Of a stretch of DNA of 64,000 nt, positions 56,917 through 64,000 are shown piece after piece. The DNA lies in contig CAZYPZ010000013.1 in assembly GCA_964650005.1 (NCBI GenBank), forward strand, positions 8,942 through 72,941, in the 5' to 3' direction. The notes below the pieces were generated by a model. That model did no database searches. It was not told the origin of the DNA and worked only from the letters and a program-made list of their open reading frames with translations. The stretch's first letter is position 1; each line of letters starts with the position of its first letter. The DNA comes from an uncultured bacterium. GTDB lineage: Bacteria; Armatimonadota; HRBIN16. A program made the position numbers and the translations under genes.

Positions 56917-57540
56917 TCATTTGCCCTGGCGAAGCCGCAGCATTTCGTACGCAACCAGCGATGCCGAGGCCTCGATATTCGCTGCGATACGGTCTAAGAT
57001 ACGCCCCAAGTTGCGCGAGTTCTGCTCGTCCATCGGTTCCCCGGGAGGGCTGATAGTATCCACCACTTTGATCGTCTGTTCCAGCGCGCGACGGAGGTAA
57101 AGCGCGCGCACCTGAGGCAGGTTGCGTAACGGCATCTCCACATACATGCGCTGAACCTGTTCATACAGTCCTTCCCAGGAACGCTCGATTTCGGCGAGTC
57201 GCTGGCTGCGCGTGTACTGAGCGTCTTGCACTCTTTTCAGTGCCTGCTCGCGCATCTTGGCTCGGTCCCAGTCCTGGCGGGTGGTGCCCTCGATCAGCAC
57301 CATGTTCATACGCCGGCCAATGACGGCTGAGAGCTCTTCCTCGATGGCGTGCTGATGGGCGGAATTACGGAAATGTCCGGCCAGGCTGCTGTTTTCGGGC
57401 GCCATCCCCAGAATAAACCGGTCTTCTTCCATCTCGATGGGCACCGCGGCTTCAAGCGCCAGCCAGAAAGACGGCAGCACAATGCGATCTTTGACCTTGT
57501 TGGCGGCGGTGGTCCAAATCTCTTCCAGAATTGACGGCAT
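56917..57540 (-). CDS. Hypothetical protein with a DnaA-domain-I-like N-terminus and a coiled-coil C-terminus
   Basis: ILEEIWTTAANKVKDRIVLPSFWLALEAAVPIEMEEDRFILGMAP resembles DnaA N-terminal domain I; GGAGG RBS. Confidence 0.4.
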   Translation of the reverse strand: MPSILEEIWTTAANKVKDRIVLPSFWLALEAAVPIEMEEDRFILGMAPENSSLAGHFRNSAHQHAIEEELSAVIGRRMNMVLIEGTTRQDWDRAKMREQALKRVQDAQYTRSQRLAEIERSWEGLYEQVQRMYVEMPLRNLPQVRALYLRRALEQTIKVVDTISPPGEPMDEQNSRNLGRILDRIAANIEASASLVAYEMLRLRQGK

Positions 57541-57606
57541 AGTTGCCTCCTTCACGCAGCGGCCTGCTTGGCGATTACATTATATGCGACCGACCTGTCT
57601 TCCGTA

Positions 57607-58398
57607 TTACCGAACCAGAAGCCAGACGGCAGACAGTGCGGACAGTCCGATAATCAGCCGTTCGAAAAGCACAGGGGGTATCCGCCGGAGCAGCCATCGC
57701 CCGGAGTACAGACCGGCCACCACAAACGGTGACACGATCAGGTCAAACCACAGCCCTTTGGGGGTGATAAATGCATACCGGGGATCATGCATAGACAGAC
57801 CAATGAGTATCGGTAGTTTGCTGATGTTCACCAGACAGAAAAACCAGGCATTGGTGCCGACGAATTGGACCGGTGACAACCTGGCGCCTGACAGGTAGAT
57901 GGCCATGACCGGTCCGGCCGCGTTGGATACCGTGGTGGTAAAACCCGCCAGTATGCCCGAGACCGGATACATCCAAGCGGATCGCAAAGGCCCACTCTTA
58001 TGCAGTCTGTACAGGTGTACGGCGATCAGCATCAGCACAATGGCGCCGATGGCCCGATTCATCGCGACCGCCCCGAAGCTGCTCTGTCCCACCTTCCACA
58101 AAAACAGCGCACCCAGTATCAAGCCCGGAATGACCCATCCGGCGATGTGTCGCAATTCTTGCCATTTTGTGTGCCGATGAAACCAAGCCACGGCGAACAT
58201 ATCCGCGAAGATCAACAGGGGCAGCATGACTCCGACCGCCAGACGGCCGTTAAACAGGATCGCCAGCAGCACAACCACCAACACGCCGGATGTCGGCACA
58301 CCGGATTTGCTGAATCCAACGAGTACGCCCACCACAGCGGCCGCTATCCACTGAAGCCAGCCGAAATCAGCAAACAGGTTCAATGGAGTGTCAGGCAT
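57607..58398 (-). CDS. TauE/SafE-family (DUF81) membrane permease
   Basis: Multi-TM protein with GFSKSG-type motifs; the ATG overlaps the hydF stop by 8 nt. Confidence 0.75.
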   Translation of the reverse strand: MPDTPLNLFADFGWLQWIAAAVVGVLVGFSKSGVPTSGVLVVVLLAILFNGRLAVGVMLPLLIFADMFAVAWFHRHTKWQELRHIAGWVIPGLILGALFLWKVGQSSFGAVAMNRAIGAIVLMLIAVHLYRLHKSGPLRSAWMYPVSGILAGFTTTVSNAAGPVMAIYLSGARLSPVQFVGTNAWFFCLVNISKLPILIGLSMHDPRYAFITPKGLWFDLIVSPFVVAGLYSGRWLLRRIPPVLFERLIIGLSALSAVWLLVR

Positions 58399-59617
58399 TC
58401 TGTAAGGCGTGCAACGCCGAGGGAAATGGCGCCAGAGCGCGGCGGGTGATTCCCAGCGCATGGGCGATGGCAATACCGTAGTTGGTAATGGGCACTCCGG
58501 CTTCGCGGCAGCGGGCCACGCGTGACAGAATGACCCGGCGGGTCACCGAGCATCCGCCGCATTGTACGACCAGCGCGTATCCCGTGAGGTCCTCCGGGAA
58601 GTCGAGACCCTGTACGTGCTGGAACTCCAACTGGCATCCCGTATATTGGCGCAGCCAGCGGGGTATCTTGACGCGGCCGATGTCGTCGCCGATGGGATGA
58701 TGTGTGCATGACTCCGCCATGAGCACCCGATCACCATCCCGCAGGCGGTCAATGGAGGCGGCTCCGGCCGCGAATGCGTCCAAGTCCCCATTACGGCGTG
58801 CCTGCAGGATGGAGAAAGATGTCATCGGTACCGACTCGGGAGTGTCCGCCGCCACTTTCAGAAACGCCTGTGAATCGGTGACTACCAGATCGGGAGGCGT
58901 TTTGAGCCGTTCCAACGCCAGGCGCAATTCGCGCTCTTTCACCACCAGCGCCATCGCGTCGTGGTCCAGCAGGTCCCGGATGGCCTGGACCTGCGGCATG
59001 ATCAACCGCCCTTTGGGCGCCTCCATGTCGATCGGGGTCACAAGCACGGCGATGCCGCCTACCGGCACGAGATCACCCAGTAGCGAGGGAACTTCCATCC
59101 ATTCGGCAGGAGCCGCGTCGGCAAGCGCATCCCGCAGTGCGCGGATGCCCGTTCCGGTGCGTGCGCTGACCACCACGGGCCGAAGCCCGGATGAACGCAG
59201 TGTATCCAGCCAGCTGTCTGCAGGCGGATTGATGTCTGCTTTGTTTACGGCGACCACCACAGGCACGCTGCGCTGGCGCAGGCGTTCCAGCAGCCCCTGT
59301 TCAAACACGCCCCATACGCCCGCTTCGGTGATGATAACCGCCAGGTCCACCCGCTCCAGCACCTTACGGGTACGCTCCACGCGCGCCTCGCCCAATGCGC
59401 CCTCATCGTCCACTCCGGCCGTGTCGACAAACACCACCGGCCCCAGCGGAAGCATCTCCATCACTTTCTCCACTGGGTCTGTGGTGGTGCCTGCCTCACT
59501 GGACACCAGTGAGACATCCTGTCGGGTAATCGCGTTCAACACCGAGCTCTTACCCGTGTTCCGGCGGCCAAACAGGCCGATATGAAGTCTCAGACTTTTG
59601 GGCGTGCGCTGCATCAT
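58391..59617 (-). CDS. hydF: [FeFe]-hydrogenase maturation GTPase HydF
   Basis: GRRNTGKSS P-loop; near-colinear with Thermotoga HydF, including the CTHHP...RVKIPRWL...QCGGC cluster-binding region. Confidence 0.85.
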   Translation of the reverse strand: MMQRTPKSLRLHIGLFGRRNTGKSSVLNAITRQDVSLVSSEAGTTTDPVEKVMEMLPLGPVVFVDTAGVDDEGALGEARVERTRKVLERVDLAVIITEAGVWGVFEQGLLERLRQRSVPVVVAVNKADINPPADSWLDTLRSSGLRPVVVSARTGTGIRALRDALADAAPAEWMEVPSLLGDLVPVGGIAVLVTPIDMEAPKGRLIMPQVQAIRDLLDHDAMALVVKERELRLALERLKTPPDLVVTDSQAFLKVAADTPESVPMTSFSILQARRNGDLDAFAAGAASIDRLRDGDRVLMAESCTHHPIGDDIGRVKIPRWLRQYTGCQLEFQHVQGLDFPEDLTGYALVVQCGGCSVTRRVILSRVARCREAGVPITNYGIAIAHALGITRRALAPFPSALHALQNA

Positions 59618-61047
59618 GGGCCGGCGCCTCCTTCGATCGTATCCGGTGAGCCGAGCATGGTGATGCGGTCCGGACTGATTGCCCGGTCGAACGACTGGGC
59701 ATCCATCGCCCCCGTCTCAACAGCCGCTTCCCGAAGACTGCACGAGTGCGCCTGAGCGTATTGCAGTATGCGCAGTGCACCGCTGTAACCCACAGCGGGA
59801 ACCAGCGCAGTCGCCAGTGCTGTACTGTTGCTCACCTGCAAATCGCATCTGTGTTCGTTGGCGGTGATGCCCGATACGCACAGTTCCGCAAGCACCCGGA
59901 TGGCGTTGGTCAACAGCTCGACTGCGTGAAGCAGGGAGTCCGCCACCAAAGGGAGATACTGACTCAACTCCAGATTGGCCAAACCGCAGGCGGTGGAGAT
60001 CTCCTGGTCGGCAGACATGACGCGTAACGCCGCCTGAGCCGCTGCTTCCGGAATGACCGGATTGACCTTGCCGGGCATGATCGATGAGCCCGCTTGTCGC
60101 GGGGGCAGGTTGATCTCCCCCAGACCGGCATCCGGTCCCGATGACAGCAGCCGCAAATCTGTGCTGATCTTTAGCACGTTCACTGCCACCGTACGCACCA
60201 TGCCGCTGACCTCGACCAAGGCATCGGTGTTTTGGGTGGCCTCCAGCAGGTTTTCCGCTCGAGCCAGGCCAAAGCCGGTCAGTTCACGTAAGTGGTCGAC
60301 CACTCGAAAGATATATCGGCGGGGAGCTCCGAGTCCCGTGCCGATCGCTGTGCCTCCAAGATTGACCACACGCAGCCGTTCTTCGCAGCGTGTCAACCGC
60401 CAACGGTCACGCGCCAAGGCGTCCGCGAACGCTCCCATCGATCGGCCCAGCGTCGTCAGCGCGGCGTCCTGCAGTTCCGTGCGGCCGACTTTCACCACAT
60501 GCGCCAAAGCTCGCTCCCGCTCCTGGAAAGCCTCCATCAGGTCACTGACCGCGCGCTCCAACCGGCGAATCAGCCGGATCAGGGCAACGCGTAACGCCGT
60601 GGGATAGGTATCATTGGTGGATTGGCTGCGGTTGAGATCATCGATCGGGTGCAGCACGTCATAGGAGCCCGGCCGGTGTCCCATCAGGATGAGCGCCCTG
60701 TTGCACAGCACCTCATTCACGTTCATGTTGGTGCTGGTGCCGGCGCCACCCTGTAGAGCGTCCACCACGATGTGTTCATCCAGCGCGCCCTCCGCCATTT
60801 CCCTGCAGGCTTGGTCGATGGCCGAGAACAGATCCGGTGGCCAGGGGGTTACATCCTGGTTAGCCCGCGCGCAGGCGCGCTTGACATCGCCGTAGGCATG
60901 GATCAGCGATGCATGCACGCGCCTGCTCGTGAGCGGAAAACTCTCGCGGGCTCGCAGCGTATGGATCCCCCAAAGCGCGTCTGCGGGCACCTGCCGTTCA
61001 CCCAGCAGGTCATGTTCTATACGCCAACGCCCGTCAGACGAGCACAT
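59614..61047 (-). CDS. Aspartate ammonia-lyase/fumarase class-II family protein embedded in the hyd maturase operon
   Basis: GSSIMPGKVNPVIPE signature and RIEHDLLGERQVPADALWGIHTLRA N-terminus; GGGGAG RBS before the ATG at 61047. Confidence 0.85.
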   Translation of the reverse strand: MCSSDGRWRIEHDLLGERQVPADALWGIHTLRARESFPLTSRRVHASLIHAYGDVKRACARANQDVTPWPPDLFSAIDQACREMAEGALDEHIVVDALQGGAGTSTNMNVNEVLCNRALILMGHRPGSYDVLHPIDDLNRSQSTNDTYPTALRVALIRLIRRLERAVSDLMEAFQERERALAHVVKVGRTELQDAALTTLGRSMGAFADALARDRWRLTRCEERLRVVNLGGTAIGTGLGAPRRYIFRVVDHLRELTGFGLARAENLLEATQNTDALVEVSGMVRTVAVNVLKISTDLRLLSSGPDAGLGEINLPPRQAGSSIMPGKVNPVIPEAAAQAALRVMSADQEISTACGLANLELSQYLPLVADSLLHAVELLTNAIRVLAELCVSGITANEHRCDLQVSNSTALATALVPAVGYSGALRILQYAQAHSCSLREAAVETGAMDAQSFDRAISPDRITMLGSPDTIEGGAGP

Positions 61048-62446
61048 CGCGCTCCCCGCCAAGTACCCGGTCAACCATCTGTTGAGCGGCCGTACGTTCG
61101 GCTTCCGGCAAAGCTTGGAGTTGTTCGGCGATCAATCGGGCGCCTTCACGTCGCGTCTCCTCGCTGGCGTAGTCACACAGGTACTCCTGAAGGGTGGCCA
61201 ACGCATTCGGGCTGCAGCAACGCTGTATGAACCCGGGTATGGCGAACTCCATGAAGACCTCACCCGTACGGCCCAGTCGGTAGCAGGCGGTACAGAAACT
61301 CGGAATGTGTCCGTTCCGGATCAGTTCGAGTGACACCTCATCCAGCGAGCGGGTATCGGCCAGTTCAAACTGCTCGCGGTGCGTATCTTGCCCGTCCTTA
61401 GGGCTATCGGTGTATCCGCCCAGCTCTAGTCGGGTGCCTGCATCGATCTGTGTCACCCCGATCTCGAGGCCGGCACGCCGCACGGCAGGGCTTTCGCGGC
61501 AAGTCATGATCATGCCGGTATAAGGCACCGCCAGGCGCAGCGCGGTGACCGCCTGCAGGAACGACTTGTCATCCACCGGAGACCAGGCCGCGGGGTCCAG
61601 TCCACTGGCGGGACGAAGCCGAGGGAAACTGATGGTATGGGGGCCTACGCCTTGTGTCTGTTGCAGATAGTGAGCATGAGCCACCAGGCCCAGTACTTCA
61701 AAGCGCCAGTCACCCAAGCCGAACAGCGCACCGATGCCTACATCGTCCAGCCCGGCTTCCATACCTCGCGACAGCGCATCCAGGCGCCAGTCATAATCGG
61801 CTTTCAGTGTGCCCTTGGGATGCCAGCGCGCATATGTTTCCGGGTGATAGGTCTCCTGAAACACCTGGTATGTGCCGATCCCCGCATCCTTGACCGTCCG
61901 GTATCCGGCGATATCCAGCGGAGCCGCGTTGATATTCACCCGCCGGATTTCACCGGGACCTTCCTTGACGCTGTAGACCGTTCGGGCACACTCGGCGATG
62001 AACTCCGGGCTGTATTCCGCGTGTTCGCCGAACACCAGGATGAGCCGTTTCTGTCCGGTGGCGATCAGCGCGCGCGTCTGCTCCTTCACCTGATCCAAAG
62101 TGAGGCTGATACGTACGGCGTCGCGATTGGATCGGCGAAAGCCGCAGTACTGGCAATCGTTCACGCATCGGTTGCCGATGTACAGCGGAGCGAACAGTAC
62201 GATCCGGTTGCCGTATACGCGATGTTTGAGTTCACGCGCTACCGATCCCATCTGTTCGATCAGATCCGGATCCGTTGCGGTGATCAGCGCCGCGGTCTGA
62301 CGCAGATCCAACGGCTGCAACGATGAACTGCAATCCAGCGCGTCACGGAATATCGCCGGATCGAAGGGCGCCTGTAAGAGCCGTTCGAATTCATCGACGT
62401 CGATGAACCGACGGTAGTTTTTACTGTATTCGGTCATGTCGGGCAT
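61034..62446 (-). CDS. hydG: [FeFe]-hydrogenase maturase HydG (radical-SAM tyrosine lyase)
   Basis: CVNDCQYC radical-SAM motif and C-terminal CTACYR...C auxiliary-cluster motif; colinear with Thermotoga HydG; GGAGGAGG RBS. Confidence 0.9.
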   Translation of the reverse strand: MPDMTEYSKNYRRFIDVDEFERLLQAPFDPAIFRDALDCSSSLQPLDLRQTAALITATDPDLIEQMGSVARELKHRVYGNRIVLFAPLYIGNRCVNDCQYCGFRRSNRDAVRISLTLDQVKEQTRALIATGQKRLILVFGEHAEYSPEFIAECARTVYSVKEGPGEIRRVNINAAPLDIAGYRTVKDAGIGTYQVFQETYHPETYARWHPKGTLKADYDWRLDALSRGMEAGLDDVGIGALFGLGDWRFEVLGLVAHAHYLQQTQGVGPHTISFPRLRPASGLDPAAWSPVDDKSFLQAVTALRLAVPYTGMIMTCRESPAVRRAGLEIGVTQIDAGTRLELGGYTDSPKDGQDTHREQFELADTRSLDEVSLELIRNGHIPSFCTACYRLGRTGEVFMEFAIPGFIQRCCSPNALATLQEYLCDYASEETRREGARLIAEQLQALPEAERTAAQQMVDRVLGGERDVLV

Positions 62447-63548
62447 GTCGCCTCTCGTCCTCCTCCTGTCTTCGCCGATAGGCCTCCGAAGCGCCCGGCC
62501 CGGTACTGGTCGGTCGTTTCAAACGCTGCAGCATGCGCAGCGCCGCGTCTGCCGGTCCATCGGGATCGCCGGCGGCAGACACTTTGCCCGGATAGATCGC
62601 GTAGTCTTCGCGATACCGGGCGGGGGTCAGGTTCAGCATCATGACGTTGGCGCCGCATCGCAGCGCCATCTCTCGGCCCGCCTCTGGGTCCACGGCAGCC
62701 AGTGCGGTGGCGGCGGGAATATTGGCATATGGGCAGGCCAGGCGCAGCAGCGCCAGCGCCTTCCATGTGTTGATTGCGGTGGGTTCAACCTGCCGGCCTT
62801 TCAGTCGTGCGGCCATACGCCAAGCGGGGTGATCCGGTTGGCGTCCCAGCGCGGTGTCCTCATGCAGTATGAATGGCCCAACGCCGATCATATCGAGGTT
62901 CAGTCGGGCGCATTCCAGAATATCGGTCGCCAGTCGCTCATAACTTTGGCCGGGAAGCCCGACCATAAAGCCGCCGCCCACTTCATACCCCATTTGCCTC
63001 AAGCGCATGAGCAACGCCATGCGATCAGATGATTGGCCGGCCACATCCGGGTGAACATGGTGATACAGCTCCGGATCGCTGGTTTCGAAGCGCATCAGAT
63101 AGCGGTCGGCTCCCGCTTCGCGCCACAGTGTATATTCAGCATCTGTCCATTCACCCAGACTGAGCGTGACGGCCAAGCCGGTCTCCTGTTTGGCCAGTCG
63201 GATGATCCGCGCGATCTCTTCGGCGGGGCGTCCGGGATCCTCACCGGATTGTAGCACCAGCGTGCCGCAACCGATGGCGACGGCGCGATGGGCGCAGGCG
63301 ATGATCTCTTCTTCCGGCATGCGGTACCGCATGGACGATTTGGATCCCGCCGTAAGCCCGCAATACGCGCAGGTGCGCCGGCAGGCGCTCGAGACTTCGA
63401 CGAGCCCGCGCAGATGCACCGCGTCTCCCACGGTACGTCGAGCCGTCGTGTCGGCAAGATCGAACAGGTGATGAAGCCGTTCTCTATCGGTAACGCGTAA
63501 CCATGCAAGCACCTGTTCATACTGCATGGCGCAGCATCGAGTAACCAC
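62421..63548 (-). CDS. hydE: [FeFe]-hydrogenase maturase HydE (radical SAM)
   Basis: CRRTCAYCGL motif and strong colinearity with Thermotoga HydE. Start is either GTG at 63548 or ATG at 63527. Confidence 0.88.
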   Translation of the reverse strand: MVTRCCAMQYEQVLAWLRVTDRERLHHLFDLADTTARRTVGDAVHLRGLVEVSSACRRTCAYCGLTAGSKSSMRYRMPEEEIIACAHRAVAIGCGTLVLQSGEDPGRPAEEIARIIRLAKQETGLAVTLSLGEWTDAEYTLWREAGADRYLMRFETSDPELYHHVHPDVAGQSSDRMALLMRLRQMGYEVGGGFMVGLPGQSYERLATDILECARLNLDMIGVGPFILHEDTALGRQPDHPAWRMAARLKGRQVEPTAINTWKALALLRLACPYANIPAATALAAVDPEAGREMALRCGANVMMLNLTPARYREDYAIYPGKVSAAGDPDGPADAALRMLQRLKRPTSTGPGASEAYRRRQEEDERRHARHDRIQ

Positions 63549-63604
63549 GTCGGATCAGATCGCTTTCGTTGACGGTCGGAGGCTGAGCGTCTTCCGCCAA
63601 CCCA

Positions 63605-63622
63605 TTGTGTCACATTTCACAG
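63605..63622. promoter_or_regulatory. Candidate Rex (redox-sensing repressor) operator upstream of hydE
   Basis: TTGTGTCACATTTCACAG versus the Rex consensus TTGTGAA-N4-TTCACAA; 57-75 nt upstream of the hydE start. Confidence 0.45.
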
Positions 63623-64000
63623 AGACATGTGGCACACCGCAGCGAAAAAGGAAGGGAAAACCGGTATCCTCCGCGTATATCCAGAATTGGACCGCTGTAA
63701 TCGACACGCCCGGCTATTAGTCAAAGTCAGCCTGTTTGTCAACAGCTGGTTGGCGCTTACAACGGATTCTCCCTGGGACGCTTATGGGTGCCTGCAACGT
63801 CGTACGCACATAATGATCGTCCCATATAAGGCGAATACCATCCATCGGTCATGGCCAGGGTTCCGCGGGCATGCAGGACGCCGGTGTCATTGTGCCTGCC
63901 ATACCGCCGATAGGCCGGGTATGTATGGACAATTCGTTTAAGTGGTTACATCGGAACAATCAGTTGCCAGGTCGTGCATCCATACACCCAGCATGCCGGT

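Noticed and set aside
63627-63941. 104-aa plus-strand ORF beyond the hydE promoter
   Set aside because: No RBS and no homology; low coding plausibility. The region is more likely hydE 5' regulatory sequence.

Overview
This is a high-GC bacterial chromosomal segment of roughly 62% GC. Its 5' end (bases 1-34,854) carries an almost uninterrupted transcription/translation superoperon on the plus strand.

Gene order on the plus strand: a partial DUF1559/H-X9-DG prepilin-like gene, maf, rpoB, rpoC, then rpsL-rpsG-fusA-tuf (str), rpsJ-rplC-rplD-rplW-rplB-rpsS-rplV-rpsC-rplP-rpmC-rpsQ (S10), rplN-rplX-rplE, a divergent EF-G paralogue, rpsN (type Z)-rpsH-rplF-rplR-rpsE-rpmD-rplO-secY-adk-map-infA (spc), rpmJ-rpsM-rpsK-rpsD-rpoA-rplQ (alpha), and truA-rplM-rpsI.

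The most unusual feature in this part is an EF-G-2-type GTPase gene inserted between rplE and rpsN. Also unusual are Zn-ribbon insertions in RpoB and ribosomal protein L24, a long structured leader ending in an intrinsic terminator in front of rpsL, and a 13-nt block immediately downstream of the -10 hexamer that is shared by the rpoB and rpmJ promoters.

Downstream of the ribosomal region, in order:
- a PLP-dependent Cys/Met enzyme;
- a ThuA-like/Gfo-Idh-MocA oxidoreductase pair;
- a minus-strand operon of HlyD-type adaptor, RND pump and a small DUF2892 membrane protein;
- a plus-strand set of nitroreductase, URO-D-family protein, SGNH hydrolase, amidohydrolase and a GDP-mannose-pyrophosphorylase-like/phosphohexomutase fusion;
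- then AMMECR1, plsY, glnE, der, a PfkB kinase and a DnaA-N-like protein on the minus strand.

The 3' end holds a tightly coupled minus-strand [FeFe]-hydrogenase maturase operon, hydE-hydG-(aspartase/fumarase-family gene)-hydF-(TauE/SafE permease). A near-consensus Rex (NADH-sensing repressor) box lies in its promoter region. No [FeFe]-hydrogenase structural gene (hydA) lies in the window.

No rRNA, tRNA, CRISPR array or obvious mobile element was found. All calls rest on reading the supplied six-frame translations and the raw sequence; no database searches were run.
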